Shown here in pieces: positions 18,094 to 28,420 of a stretch of DNA of 64,000 nt. The stretch is from an uncultured Verrucomicrobiae bacterium (GTDB taxonomy: Bacteria > Verrucomicrobiota > Verrucomicrobiia > Chthoniobacterales > JAFAMB01): contig CAWEXO010000011.1 in NCBI GenBank assembly GCA_963813025.1, forward strand, positions 69,810 through 133,809. The letters are read 5' to 3'. Position numbers and translations under genes: made by a program. Below the pieces are notes generated by a model. It was not told where the DNA came from. It saw nothing but the letters and a program-made list of their open reading frames with translations, and did no database searches. The first letter of the stretch is position 1. Each line of letters begins with the position of its first letter.

Positions 18094-19201
18094 TGGCTCG
18101 AGCTTTCTCCACCGGCAACGCCCGGCGAACACGGGGTGGTCGGGTCCGCGGCGGTTTGGCTGGTTCCGCCTTCCTTTCCTCTTTCTGGTCGCCTACGGGA
18201 GCTACCGTTTTTGCCGCTTCTTCGGAGTTATCGACAGGCAAGCCCGGGCTCGCGACTGGCTCGGCGGCCTGCACGAAGGTGACTGGAATGTTGCGCTCGG
18301 GCATTAAGTTAACTGACTGCAGTTCCTTGCCGTTGTGTTCGCAATAGTTCAGGATCGGCTCGAGCCGGTGCAACTGCTCCTCGATCTGGTCAGGACGAAA
18401 CGTTATGCTCGTGTGTTGTTTGTCCGTCGCAACCAGGGCGTAGGCCTTAGAAACGTCGATCGTCTGGAATTGAAGCCGGCCCGGCAGAATCTCGGAGGAG
18501 GCACGCAATATTTCCAAGGCCGCCTTTACTTCATCGGCCTCGACCGGCTTCCCCGGAAGGCAGCCGGTCACGTTAGCTCCAATGATCAAGGGCAACGTAA
18601 GGTATTCCGGCACCAAGGTTTTGGTCTTCAAGAGAATCCCGCGTCGATCGACGAGATAAGCATTATTGAAATTGAACGAACCGGCGCTTGCTTCCGGCAT
18701 CAGCCACGCAACTGGCCGCCGCTCGCGAATCGAGATTACGACCTTATCTGGAAGGACGCGCTCGATACGGCTTTCCTCGACTTGCGGAAGCCTGCCTAAC
18801 TTTTCCTGAATTTGTGGCAGGTTGACCGAAAAAATGTTAACTCCTTCATTCAATTTCGCCGCCTGCAAAACTGCGTCACGAGTTAGTTTACCGTCGACGC
18901 TCACCTCAATGTTTTTGACCGCATAATCCGGGTTGGCGAAAAAAAGCGCATTCAGGGCGTTCTTGGCTCCGAAGACAACGGCGCCCACACCTGCGCCAAG
19001 GAGAATGAACAAACAAAATCCAAAGAACATCTTCTGGGTTCGTTTCGCCGAAGCTTTCCGGGCGCGAACCTTGACATCGAGAAGATGTTGCTGACGCCGT
19101 TGCCGTGAGGTCGACAGGCGTCGATTTTGTCGCCGCGTTGTTTTCTTCGCTATCACTACCTTTACTTCTCTTGCGTGCCTACTCCGCTGCGCATCTCTCA
19201 T
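18086..19201 (-). CDS. ftsQ: cell division protein FtsQ (POTRA domain)
   Basis: Basic N-terminal tail, one TM helix, a POTRA-like VKNIEVSVDGKLTRDAVL segment, and its position between murC/B and ftsA. Confidence 0.75.
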   Translation of the reverse strand: MRDAQRSRHAREVKVVIAKKTTRRQNRRLSTSRQRRQQHLLDVKVRARKASAKRTQKMFFGFCLFILLGAGVGAVVFGAKNALNALFFANPDYAVKNIEVSVDGKLTRDAVLQAAKLNEGVNIFSVNLPQIQEKLGRLPQVEESRIERVLPDKVVISIRERRPVAWLMPEASAGSFNFNNAYLVDRRGILLKTKTLVPEYLTLPLIIGANVTGCLPGKPVEADEVKAALEILRASSEILPGRLQFQTIDVSKAYALVATDKQHTSITFRPDQIEEQLHRLEPILNYCEHNGKELQSVNLMPERNIPVTFVQAAEPVASPGLPVDNSEEAAKTVAPVGDQKEERKAEPAKPPRTRPPRVRRALPVEKARANG

Positions 19202-19313
19202 CGGCTACGCAGGGAACCCTTGCGCGTGCCCGAGGACACCGCCGACTCTCGTCGCTATAACAGAGACCCACCGGATATCCAAGCCTTGATCGCGTATTTT
19301 CCCGCCAACCGCT

Positions 19314-21632
19314 TCAAACTATCTCGTCCGTTCCCACAATCTGAACTTCTGTCTCCAACCGAATGCCGCGGCTTCGTTTGGCGACATCCTGGATCTCGGA
19401 GATTAAATTCAGAATGTCCTGTGCCCTGGCTCCTCCATCATTGACGATAAAGTTACCGTGGACTTCCGATATTCGCGCCAAACCGACCGAGCGGTTTTTC
19501 AGGCCTAGTTCCTGGACGAGACGTCCGGCTGGGCATTCAGCGGGATTCTTAAAAATGCAACCGGCGCTCGCGGCGACAGGTTGGGTCGCTTTGCGGTGCG
19601 CCATCGACTCAGCGAGCAGCCGGTCAATCTCCCGCCGATCGACCGGGACACCGGTAAACGTAGCCGCCACCGCAAACTGCTCCCGGAGCGTCGGAACGTT
19701 CCGATAATGAATCGTCATCTGAGCTGGAGTAAGCGTCTCAAATTCGCCTTTGGCGTTCACCACTTGCACCTCCACAACCTGACCGAACGTCTCTCGCCCC
19801 ATGGCTCCGGCATTCATGCGCAAGCTTCCACCAACATTGCCGGGAATACCCTCCATCCACTCAAATCCGCCAAGCCCGGCTGACGTGGCCAGGGCGGCCA
19901 ATTGCTTGAGGCGCACACCGGCACCGGCTCGAATACGGTTTCCCTCTACGATCGCTTCGCTGAAGTGACCCCGATTGAGATGAATGACGACACCGGCAAT
20001 CCCCCCGTCGCGCACCAGCAAGTTCGAACCCCGGCCAACAAAGAAAACCGGCAACCGATTCGCGGAACAATACGCCAGGACGTTTGCTAATCCGCCGCGG
20101 GTCTCGGGTTCCAGCCAAAACCGCGCGGGTCCGCCGACCCGTAAGGTCGTATGCTTGGAAAGCGGTTCATAAAGGCGCAGCTCGCCCCGGCCCATGTTCT
20201 CCTGGAGTTCCGCGGCAATTTGGAAATCCGCCGCCAGCCGGGCTGCTTCTTCGTGGACGTCACCGGCTCCCAGGCTCAACAGGAGATCACCCGGGCGAAC
20301 AATCCGCCCAACTTCACTATGCAGCAGCTCGCGTCGAGCGACGTACGATACCGCCGGATGCTGAGCTGTCTTCACCGCTTGCACGATGATGTTACCATCG
20401 ACTCCCGGGATCGGCTGTTCACCAGCGGAATAAACATCGGTGATGTAAACCACGTCCGCCAGGTTAAACGCCTCTCCAAACTGTTCCCGCAGCGCCTGGG
20501 TACGACTGTACCGGTGCGGTTGAAACATCACCACTACCCGGTTGCGTTGCATTGCTCGGGCGGTGGTCAGAGTCGCCCGAATCTCCGTCGGGTGATGCCC
20601 GTAATCATCGACCACCAAAAAGTCCGATGCGCAATAGCGCACCTCGAATCTTCGACGTGCTCCGCGAAACGTCTCGAGTCCGTAAGCGATCTTCGAAAAC
20701 TGGATTTCGAGCCGGTCCGCCAGAGCGATCACCGAAAGCGCATTGCTGACATTGTGAACTCCCGGCACTCCAAGACGGACTCTGCCGAGACATTCGCCGC
20801 TTCGGCGGTACACTTCGAATTCCGATGCCGCAGTGTCGGCGGTCATCATTTGAAAATGATAGTCGGCCTCCTGGTTACAACCAAATGACACGGTGTTGGG
20901 AAGACCTCCGCAAATCCGCGTCGAGTGGACATCATCGGCGCAGTAGAAGATCGTGTTGCGGGTTTGCGCGATGAGCTGACAGAATACCCTTTCGATTGCA
21001 GCCAGATCCTCGTAGTAATCGAGATGTTCTTCCTCGATGTTGAGAATGATGGCGTATTCCGGACAGTAGTTCCGCAAGCTACCGTCACTTTCGTCGCCTT
21101 CCGCGACGAACAGTTCGCTCGCTGCTTCCCAGTGTGCATTTGTCCCCAGCAGCGGGATCTCTGCTCCCACGTAGTGGGATGGTTTTGCTCCACCCACCCG
21201 TAGAACATGAGCCGCCATGGCCGCCGTGGTGGTCTTTCCGTGCATGCCGGCGATGACAACGCCCTTTTTCGTCGACATGACTGCCGCCAGCGCTTCCGCT
21301 CTCCGGATCATCGGCAGACCCAGGCGCTCTGCTTCGTCGTAGGCTGGATTGCCGGATCTGATGGCGGACGAGTAGATAACAACCTCCGCGGTTCGAACAG
21401 TTTCCGCAGTCTGCGGTAGATAAAAGGTCAATCCCATTTGCTCAAGGCGGCGGGTCTCGAGCGTACTGACCCGATCGGATCCGCTGACCTGGTGACCCAG
21501 CTCGAGGAGCAATCCTGCGATGCCGCTCATACCGGAACCGGCAACACCTATCAGGTGGACTCGCCGCGGAACGCCCAGTAGCAGTTTGGTCGCGCTTATC
21601 ATTCCGTCGGGTATCATCATCGACTTTGGCAA
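19314..21632 (-). CDS. murC/murB: fused UDP-N-acetylmuramate--L-alanine ligase / UDP-N-acetylenolpyruvoylglucosamine reductase (MurC-MurB)
   Basis: The N-terminal ~490 aa is MurC (GVAGSGMSGIA, GMHGKTTT, DDYGHHP). The C-terminal ~280 aa is MurB (HTTLRVGGPA, GRGSNLLV, GCIFKNP). Confidence 0.9.
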   Translation of the reverse strand: MPKSMMIPDGMISATKLLLGVPRRVHLIGVAGSGMSGIAGLLLELGHQVSGSDRVSTLETRRLEQMGLTFYLPQTAETVRTAEVVIYSSAIRSGNPAYDEAERLGLPMIRRAEALAAVMSTKKGVVIAGMHGKTTTAAMAAHVLRVGGAKPSHYVGAEIPLLGTNAHWEAASELFVAEGDESDGSLRNYCPEYAIILNIEEEHLDYYEDLAAIERVFCQLIAQTRNTIFYCADDVHSTRICGGLPNTVSFGCNQEADYHFQMMTADTAASEFEVYRRSGECLGRVRLGVPGVHNVSNALSVIALADRLEIQFSKIAYGLETFRGARRRFEVRYCASDFLVVDDYGHHPTEIRATLTTARAMQRNRVVVMFQPHRYSRTQALREQFGEAFNLADVVYITDVYSAGEQPIPGVDGNIIVQAVKTAQHPAVSYVARRELLHSEVGRIVRPGDLLLSLGAGDVHEEAARLAADFQIAAELQENMGRGELRLYEPLSKHTTLRVGGPARFWLEPETRGGLANVLAYCSANRLPVFFVGRGSNLLVRDGGIAGVVIHLNRGHFSEAIVEGNRIRAGAGVRLKQLAALATSAGLGGFEWMEGIPGNVGGSLRMNAGAMGRETFGQVVEVQVVNAKGEFETLTPAQMTIHYRNVPTLREQFAVAATFTGVPVDRREIDRLLAESMAHRKATQPVAASAGCIFKNPAECPAGRLVQELGLKNRSVGLARISEVHGNFIVNDGGARAQDILNLISEIQDVAKRSRGIRLETEVQIVGTDEIV

Positions 21633-22699
21633 ATTACTTCCGCGATCCGAGCAGCGGCGTCCGCCGGAGCAAGCACGCGCATGCGTTCGCGCATCGTCTC
21701 TCTTCGGCCCGAATCATTCAGGATGGCCTGGATGCTGCCCGCCAGCGCCCCTCCGTTTACGCGCGACTCCTCTATTACCTCGGCGGCGCCTCCGCGCGCA
21801 AATATTTCCGCATTGAGCAGTTGATGGTTCTCGGCAGCAAAAGGATACGGGATGAGAATACTTGGGACTCCAAAATAAGAAATCTCAGTCAGACTTGCTG
21901 CGCCCGAACGAGCAATCGCGAGATCGGCGACCGAGTAGACTTCCTCCATCCGATGGTAAAAAGCGGAAACATACGCCGGTAAACCGTCCCGGCGATACTG
22001 ATCTCGCACAGCGGCTTCATCCTCCTTGCCGGTAAGGTGAACAAATTGAACCGGCCAGCCCAGGAACCGGGGTAGCAGCTGGAGGACAGCCTGATTTAGC
22101 GCATGAGCACCCTGGCTGCCGCCCATCACCAGGACCGTCTGAAGGTTTGGTTTGAGATTCAAAGAAGCGAGACTAGCGCTGCGATCCAGCGGCCGACGTA
22201 ACGAACTGCGAATCGGCGTGCCAGTAATTTCGACCGCCGCCTCTGGAAAATGTTTGGCGCACTCAGCAAAGCCGAGGAGGACCCGATCGCAGAACTGCGC
22301 ATTTAACCGATTCGCTTTTCCCGGTATCGCATTTGATTCGTGCAGATAGGTGCGCAGCCGGAGTAGCCGGCCAGCGATAATCGGACCGGTGGACGTAAAT
22401 CCGCCCATCCCCAGAACAGCCTGAGGACGGAATTTCCGAAACAGAGCCCGGCAGCGAGCGAGTCCGTGCAGGAATTTTCCAGCGAAGCTGACCACCTGCA
22501 GCGAATTCCAGCGAGGCAGCCCAACCGCCGGGATTTTGTCGATCTGAAATTCCGGCCAGGCGCGCACGGCGGTGGCGTCGATCTCCCTCTCAGAAATCAA
22601 TACCAAGACTTGATGCCCCTGGGCGCGCAAAGTTTCCGCTACTGCCAACCCGGGAAACAAATGGCCTCCCGTTCCTCCGCAAGCAATGGCGACATTCAT
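21617..22699 (-). CDS. murG: undecaprenyldiphospho-muramoylpentapeptide beta-N-acetylglucosaminyltransferase MurG
   Basis: ACGGTGGHLFPGLAV and VMGGSQGA motifs, plus dcw context. Confidence 0.9.
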   Translation of the reverse strand: MNVAIACGGTGGHLFPGLAVAETLRAQGHQVLVLISEREIDATAVRAWPEFQIDKIPAVGLPRWNSLQVVSFAGKFLHGLARCRALFRKFRPQAVLGMGGFTSTGPIIAGRLLRLRTYLHESNAIPGKANRLNAQFCDRVLLGFAECAKHFPEAAVEITGTPIRSSLRRPLDRSASLASLNLKPNLQTVLVMGGSQGAHALNQAVLQLLPRFLGWPVQFVHLTGKEDEAAVRDQYRRDGLPAYVSAFYHRMEEVYSVADLAIARSGAASLTEISYFGVPSILIPYPFAAENHQLLNAEIFARGGAAEVIEESRVNGGALAGSIQAILNDSGRRETMRERMRVLAPADAAARIAEVICQSR

Positions 22700-22724
22700 T
22701 CGGCTTCCTGCTCACTCGGACGTC

Positions 22725-23870
22725 TCAGATGCGTGAGAGATGTCTCACGCGAACCATCATTTGATTCTGCCCTCCGGGCTTCTCCTCTTTGCCCTGGCGA
22801 TAGATATTAATGAGGACACCGATACACATGAGGCAGAAAAACAGGTTCGACCCGCCATAGCTGATAAAAGGCAACGGGAGCCCTTTGTTGGGCAGGAGCG
22901 AAGTTGTCACTCCAATATTAATCGCCGCCTGCAAACCAATGATGGATGTACAGCCAAAACCCAGCAGCAGACCGAATCGATCCTTGGCGTTGAGCGCGAT
23001 CAATGTGCCAGCCGTGAGTACCAGCAGATAACAAAAGACGATTATCAAGGTAACCCGCAAGCCAAGTTCCTCACCAACAACTGGAAAAATAAAGTCGGTG
23101 TGCGCATAAGGAAGATAGAGCATTTTTTGCCGGCCGTTTCCAAGACCGAGACCCTCAATACCGCCTGAGCCGAATGCAATCAGACCCATCAACTGCTGGT
23201 GACCTTCTGTCTCCTGGTATCGCTCCGGGTTCAGAAACGCGAGCAACCGGCCTTGTCGTTGCGAGATATGCCAGGCAAGCAGCAGAATTCCGCCAACTCC
23301 TGAGCAGACCAGCGGCCCAAGGAAGCGCAGACTCGATCCACCGACGAACATCATGAGAAAGACCGTCCCTCCGATCAAGAGAGTGGTCCCGAGATCTGTC
23401 TCCATAATGATCAAGGTCAGGACTGCGCCCACCGTCGCCAGCGGATACAAAAATCCTTTGAGTAATTGGTTACGCTCGGTCTCGAACCGGGAGAACCACC
23501 AGGCGACGAAAACGACTATCGCAAATTTGGCCAGCTCCGATGGTTGAAAAGTAACCGGCCCCGCATGAACCCAGCGCCATGACCCATTGATCCGCATGCC
23601 AATGGGTCGAACAAAACACAGGCTCAGAAAGATGACGGCAGCGAGCAGCCAGATTATCCAGGTCCGTTGCCAGAAATGATAATCGAGAATCGCGCAAACG
23701 ACCGCGTTGAGAAAACCGATGACCAACCAGAAACTCTGTTTCTTCAGGAAACTGAATTCATCACCATGGCTATCTGGCGCATACGCGCCTGTGCTGAACA
23801 GCATGACAATCCCGATCGTAACCAGCGTTGCTACCGCAAGGACGAGAAGATAGGCGCTGTGTTTACGCAT
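22725..23870 (-). CDS. ftsW: SEDS-family peptidoglycan glycosyltransferase FtsW
   Basis: About 10 TM helices, FQPSELAK, PEAHTDFIF-like HTDFIFPVVGEELG and LPFISYGGS motifs. Confidence 0.9.
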   Translation of the reverse strand: MRKHSAYLLVLAVATLVTIGIVMLFSTGAYAPDSHGDEFSFLKKQSFWLVIGFLNAVVCAILDYHFWQRTWIIWLLAAVIFLSLCFVRPIGMRINGSWRWVHAGPVTFQPSELAKFAIVVFVAWWFSRFETERNQLLKGFLYPLATVGAVLTLIIMETDLGTTLLIGGTVFLMMFVGGSSLRFLGPLVCSGVGGILLLAWHISQRQGRLLAFLNPERYQETEGHQQLMGLIAFGSGGIEGLGLGNGRQKMLYLPYAHTDFIFPVVGEELGLRVTLIIVFCYLLVLTAGTLIALNAKDRFGLLLGFGCTSIIGLQAAINIGVTTSLLPNKGLPLPFISYGGSNLFFCLMCIGVLINIYRQGKEEKPGGQNQMMVRVRHLSRI

Positions 23871-23899
23871 TGCTTTCGGTGTTCAAGGACTCTAGTGCA

Positions 23900-24598
23900 C
23901 TAGTTGTTCGATGGTATGAGCAGCTTTTGCCCGATCTGCAATTTCTTCGGGTCGGCGATGTTGTTATTCCTCAATAACTCGGTGTAATTCACTTTGAAAC
24001 GCTTCGCGATCCCGGCGGGGCTATCGCCCCGCTGCACGACATAAGTGCGTTCGAGTTGATCGTTTGCCGGCGGAGAAGTGGTCCCGGACTTTGCCGCTAC
24101 TTTTGGTGAATCAATCAACTTTTGCACGTCCAGCGGGACCGGTTTGAGCCTGGACTGGTTGGGAATGACTAGTTCCCGGCCAACCGGAACGCTGCTCCCC
24201 GGCCGTAAATTGTTTGCCTTTTCCAAGTCTCGCACTGCCAATCCGTACTGCGATGCGATGCCAGCCAATGTTTCGCCAGACTTAACCCGGTGAGTTCTGT
24301 TCTCGACCTTGTTGATGCCGCTCGCCTGATCATTGCCGGTGTTTTGGCTTCCTGCTGTTTCTTTTGCCATGGCATTGTTCGCCCCTTCCCGATTTTCTGT
24401 TTGTTGGCGATCCTTCAGCGCGCTGAAAGCAAAAATTCCGCCGACCGCGACGACGTGCAAAAGAAGGACCACGACAAATGCCCGCGAGAGACGCACGTTG
24501 GGTTCGTCCAGTTCCTGATCCGCATCGGCGTAACGTGAGGCGGCACGTTGTGCAGCGGTTCGCAATTTTCGTGTTTGACTCATCGGCCTTCGGGTCAT
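23900..24598 (-). CDS. membrane-anchored protein with two LysM domains
   Basis: N-terminal basic tail and TM helix VVLLLHVVAVGGIFAF. LysM repeats HRVKSGETLAGIASQYG...VGRELVIP and YVVQRGDSPAGIAKRF...IGQKLLIP. An alternative GTG start lies at 24604. Confidence 0.8.
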   Translation of the reverse strand: MTRRPMSQTRKLRTAAQRAASRYADADQELDEPNVRLSRAFVVVLLLHVVAVGGIFAFSALKDRQQTENREGANNAMAKETAGSQNTGNDQASGINKVENRTHRVKSGETLAGIASQYGLAVRDLEKANNLRPGSSVPVGRELVIPNQSRLKPVPLDVQKLIDSPKVAAKSGTTSPPANDQLERTYVVQRGDSPAGIAKRFKVNYTELLRNNNIADPKKLQIGQKLLIPSNN

Positions 24599-24600
24599 TT

Positions 24601-25926
24601 TCACGGCGTTAACTCCTGAACGATTTTGCGAAATTGATCTCCGCGATCGGCGTAATCGCGAAACATATCGAACGACGACGTACCTGGAGAGAAGAGCACC
24701 ACATTTCCGGGCTTGGCTTGGGCGCGGGCTTGAGCGACGGCTTCCCGCAAGCTCTTGGCTCGAGAACTTTTGATCGCTCCAGCCCAGGCCTCGTCCATCG
24801 CCGGTGCCATCTCCCCCAGCAAAACGGCATGCTGGACTTTGGTGCGGATGAGCTCTCTCAACGGCTGGAAGGCAAACCCTTTGTCCTTGCCGCCGGCAAT
24901 CAGAATGACCGGCTTGGTTTGAGCTTCCAGGGCCTTGGCCAGAGCGTCCGGATTCGTGGCTTTGGAGTCATTGATATAGAGAACGCCATCGCTAGTCCGG
25001 ACCAGTTCGCAGCGATGGGGCGGGAGTTGGTAATCCAGCAGGCCTCCTCTCGCTTCCGACCACGGGATCTTCAAGGCGGCGGCCACCCCCAGCGCTGCCA
25101 TAAGGTTCTCGGCATTGTGCGGACCGGTTAAACGCGTCTCGTCAAGGCTCAGAATCGGATCGCCCTGAAACAGAATTCTTTTCTCGTGCAAACAAAGGTC
25201 TGCTCTCCGGTCATAGGCACTGAAGGTTATCCGAGTCGCCGCAAACGGCGGAAGCCGGTCGTAGGAATTCACCACCGCATAGTCTTCCTTCGTCAGATTT
25301 TCGAAGATACGCAATTTCGCGCGCCGATAGGCATCAATCGAAGGATAACGATCGAGGTGATCCGGAGAAAAATTGAGCCAGACCGCAACACGAGGCCGAA
25401 ACGCGCGGATTGCCTCCAGCTGGAAAGAACTGACTTCGACCGCGAAGAAATCCATTTCGTCCTGGCGATCAAGCGCGGCCGACAGCGGTGTCCCGATATT
25501 TCCGCAAGCGATTGCCCTCCGGCCGGCTCGGTTCAACATTGCCTCGATGAGTTGGGTGGTGGTGGTCTTCCCGTTTGTACCCGTGATCGCGACAATGGGT
25601 TTCGCACAAAAGCCAAAGGCTAACTCCAGTTCGCCAATGCGCTCGGCCGGCACCCAGTTAAAGGCTTTGACCAAAGGCGAGGTCGGATCGATCCCCGGGC
25701 TCAAGACAAGCAGGTCAAACTGTCCCGCGTCGATGTTGCGGACTGGACGTCCAATGCGCACGACAACCCCTAACTTCTGCATTCGGGCCAGCTTTGGCGC
25801 CAGCTCGCCTGGATCGCCATCATCAAAGACAGTAACCCGCGCGCCTCGTCGCGCCAGCAGCTTCGCGGCCGCTTCTCCGCTTACGCCGAGTCCAAGCACT
25901 GCCACTGATCTCTGCCGCAAATTCAT
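24601..25926 (-). CDS. murD: UDP-N-acetylmuramoylalanine--D-glutamate ligase MurD
   Basis: VLGLGVSGEAAAKLL and GTNGKTTT motifs. The ATG at 25926 overlaps the mraY stop (ATGA). The longer ORF-track start at 26280 lies inside mraY. Confidence 0.9.
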   Translation of the reverse strand: MNLRQRSVAVLGLGVSGEAAAKLLARRGARVTVFDDGDPGELAPKLARMQKLGVVVRIGRPVRNIDAGQFDLLVLSPGIDPTSPLVKAFNWVPAERIGELELAFGFCAKPIVAITGTNGKTTTTQLIEAMLNRAGRRAIACGNIGTPLSAALDRQDEMDFFAVEVSSFQLEAIRAFRPRVAVWLNFSPDHLDRYPSIDAYRRAKLRIFENLTKEDYAVVNSYDRLPPFAATRITFSAYDRRADLCLHEKRILFQGDPILSLDETRLTGPHNAENLMAALGVAAALKIPWSEARGGLLDYQLPPHRCELVRTSDGVLYINDSKATNPDALAKALEAQTKPVILIAGGKDKGFAFQPLRELIRTKVQHAVLLGEMAPAMDEAWAGAIKSSRAKSLREAVAQARAQAKPGNVVLFSPGTSSFDMFRDYADRGDQFRKIVQELTP

Positions 25927-27047
25927 CGCAGTTTTAAGGTGGCCAATCCCAGAAAGGCGAACATGAGCGACATGACCCAAAATCGGACGATGACTGTGTT
26001 CTCCTTCCAACCTTTGAGCTCGAAATGGTGATGGAGCGGCGCCATCAAGAGAACGCGTTTGCCGCGAAGCTTGAAGCTGCAGACTTGCAGGATGACCGAC
26101 ATCGCCTCGATAAAGAAGATCCCACCGACCACAATCAGGAGCAGCTCCTGCTTGCAGCAAATCGCGACCACTCCCAACGTGCTGCCGATCGACAATGAAC
26201 CGGTATCGCCCATGAAAACCTGTGCCGGGTGACAGTTGAACCAGAGGAATCCCAAGCCGGCGCCCACCAACGCGGTGCACAGGATGGTGAGCTCCTGGGC
26301 CTGTTGGTAAAACGGCAGATCAAGATAAGTCGCAACGGCGACAGTCCCGGCGGCGTACGCGAAAATCGCGTAAGCTGAGGCGACTGTGACCGTGCAGCCG
26401 GTTGCCAATCCGTCGAGACCGTCTGTCAGGTTCACCGCATTGGAACATCCCATGATGACCGCGGCAAAAAAAAGGAGGGTAAACCAGCCGAGGTTCTCGA
26501 TGAGCGGCTCTTTGAAGAACGGGATGTAAAGTTCCCTCGCCTGAATTTCGAGCGTCGGATTCAGGAGAAAAAAACTGGTCACGAGCAGGGCCAACCCGAA
26601 CTGACAGATCAGTTTCACGCGGCCAGGAATTCCGCTCGATTTCCGTTTGGTTACCTTGAGGTAATCGTCGGCAAATCCCAGCGCCGCGGTAGCGACAATG
26701 GTGAACAGACAGAGCCAGATAAAACTATTGTCCCACCGCGCCCAAAGCAGTGTCGACACGACGACAGATCCCATCAGAAACACGCCCCCCATCGTGGGTG
26801 TTCCCTTTTTTGCCCCGTGTAGTTCGTACAGGCGATGCACTTCCTCTGCAGTTCGAATCGGCTGCCCAAATTTTAAGGAGACCAGGCCGCGAATAATAAC
26901 GTCTCCAAAAATCAGGCACAGCAGAAATGCGGTAATCGCCGCGCAAACCGCGCGAAACGAAACGTATTGGAAGACGTTAAATCCGGTTTCCAAAGGCCTG
27001 GGGCCCTGGCTGAGAAAGTACAGATAATACATCATGGCGCGATCCAT
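25923..27047 (-). CDS. mraY: phospho-N-acetylmuramoyl-pentapeptide transferase MraY
   Basis: KKGTPTMGG, NAVNLTDGLDGLA, FMGDTGS and HHHFE motifs. Confidence 0.95.
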   Translation of the reverse strand: MDRAMMYYLYFLSQGPRPLETGFNVFQYVSFRAVCAAITAFLLCLIFGDVIIRGLVSLKFGQPIRTAEEVHRLYELHGAKKGTPTMGGVFLMGSVVVSTLLWARWDNSFIWLCLFTIVATAALGFADDYLKVTKRKSSGIPGRVKLICQFGLALLVTSFFLLNPTLEIQARELYIPFFKEPLIENLGWFTLLFFAAVIMGCSNAVNLTDGLDGLATGCTVTVASAYAIFAYAAGTVAVATYLDLPFYQQAQELTILCTALVGAGLGFLWFNCHPAQVFMGDTGSLSIGSTLGVVAICCKQELLLIVVGGIFFIEAMSVILQVCSFKLRGKRVLLMAPLHHHFELKGWKENTVIVRFWVMSLMFAFLGLATLKLR

Positions 27048-28420
27048 TTAGCCTGCTTTTCCGCCGCTTCAAGGCCGGCGATCACGCGATCCATTCGGGC
27101 AGAGAAGCTACCCTTCACAAGGACAACGTCACCGGCCTGGAGAAGGTCGCTCAAGACGGCGACTCCGCCGGCTTGATCGGGCGCCGCCAAAGCATCCTTC
27201 AGGCCTCGTTCCCGTGCGGCCTCAGCGATTAGACTCGCCTCTTTTCCGATCGTCACCAGGAACTGAAAACCGAGATCCGCTACGGCGGCCCCCACACGCC
27301 GGTGCCCGGCGACGCCCTCCCGACCGAGTTCAGCCATCCGTCCAAGCACAGCGATTCGGCGGCCGGCGATCGGGAGTTCCGCAGCAGTCCGCAAAGCGGC
27401 GATCATCGAGTCGGGATTCGCGTTATAGGAATCGTTGATCAGCGTGATCCGACCAAGTTTTTGAAGCTTAAGGCGACCGCCCGGAATAACGGTCTTGTGC
27501 AGGCCCGCAGCGATCTGTTCCGGCGACAGGTTTAACGCGTGCCCCATCGCCGCCGCCAAAACCGCGTTTTCTACCATGTGCTGGCCGACCACGGGTAGTT
27601 CGACTTTGAAAACAAAATCCGGTCCGCGCAGCGTGAAGCTTTCGCCACTGGCTCGATGGACCAGATCGGTTGCTCGGAGGTCGCCTCGGCCAAGGCCGGC
27701 TTGTACGACTCGGGCCCGACAGCGGGCCGCGATCGCCGGGGTAAACTCATCATTCGCATTGAGCACAACCACCCCCTGCGGAGGTACTCGCTCGGCCAGC
27801 GCGGCTTTTTCGTTGGCAATCGCCTTTTTGCTACCCAGAAATTCGATATGAGCGACGCCGACATTGGTGATCAACCCGAAATCGGGCTCAATCAGAGCCG
27901 TCAGAGCGGCGATTTCCCCCGGCTGATTCATTCCGAGCTCGATCACCGCGAATTTGTGGCACCGATTTGCCCGAAGCAGCGAAAGCGGGACGCCCAGATG
28001 GTTATTGAGGTTGCCTTCAGTTTTCAGTACTCGGAACTTCTCGCCGAGGATAGCGGCCAGCATTTCTTTGGTGCTGGTCTTTCCATTGCTGCCGGTAATT
28101 CCAACAAAACGAGTGGGCAACGCCTTCCGCGCAGACCGGGAAAGCTGCTGGAGGGCAGCTACGGAATCGGAAACAACTATTTGGGGAAATGCCCGGAGCT
28201 CTATTGCCAGACTCTCAACCAGCGCTCCCGCTGCTCCGGCTTGAGCCGCCTCCGCCAGAAAATTGTGTCCATCGTGATTTGGCCCCCTGAGCGCGACAAA
28301 CAGCTCTCCCGGCAGAACGCGACGGCTATCCGTACAGACGGCCGTTACTTCGAGATTGCTTTCTCCGTGCAGCTTTCCCCGGACGACCTCAGCGATGGAA
28401 GAAAGGCTCTTAGGATCCAT
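27032..28420 (-). CDS. murF: UDP-N-acetylmuramoyl-tripeptide--D-alanyl-D-alanine ligase MurF
   Basis: GITGSNGKTSTKEM and NDSYNANPDSM motifs, plus dcw order. Confidence 0.9.
   Translation of the reverse strand: MDPKSLSSIAEVVRGKLHGESNLEVTAVCTDSRRVLPGELFVALRGPNHDGHNFLAEAAQAGAAGALVESLAIELRAFPQIVVSDSVAALQQLSRSARKALPTRFVGITGSNGKTSTKEMLAAILGEKFRVLKTEGNLNNHLGVPLSLLRANRCHKFAVIELGMNQPGEIAALTALIEPDFGLITNVGVAHIEFLGSKKAIANEKAALAERVPPQGVVVLNANDEFTPAIAARCRARVVQAGLGRGDLRATDLVHRASGESFTLRGPDFVFKVELPVVGQHMVENAVLAAAMGHALNLSPEQIAAGLHKTVIPGGRLKLQKLGRITLINDSYNANPDSMIAALRTAAELPIAGRRIAVLGRMAELGREGVAGHRRVGAAVADLGFQFLVTIGKEASLIAEAARERGLKDALAAPDQAGGVAVLSDLLQAGDVVLVKGSFSARMDRVIAGLEAAEKQAKWIAP

Noticed and set aside
25927-26280. 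A 118-codon N-terminal extension of the murD ORF in the ORF track.
   Set aside because: The extension lies entirely inside mraY. The ATG at 25926 gives the canonical MurD N-terminus and an ATGA overlap with the mraY stop.
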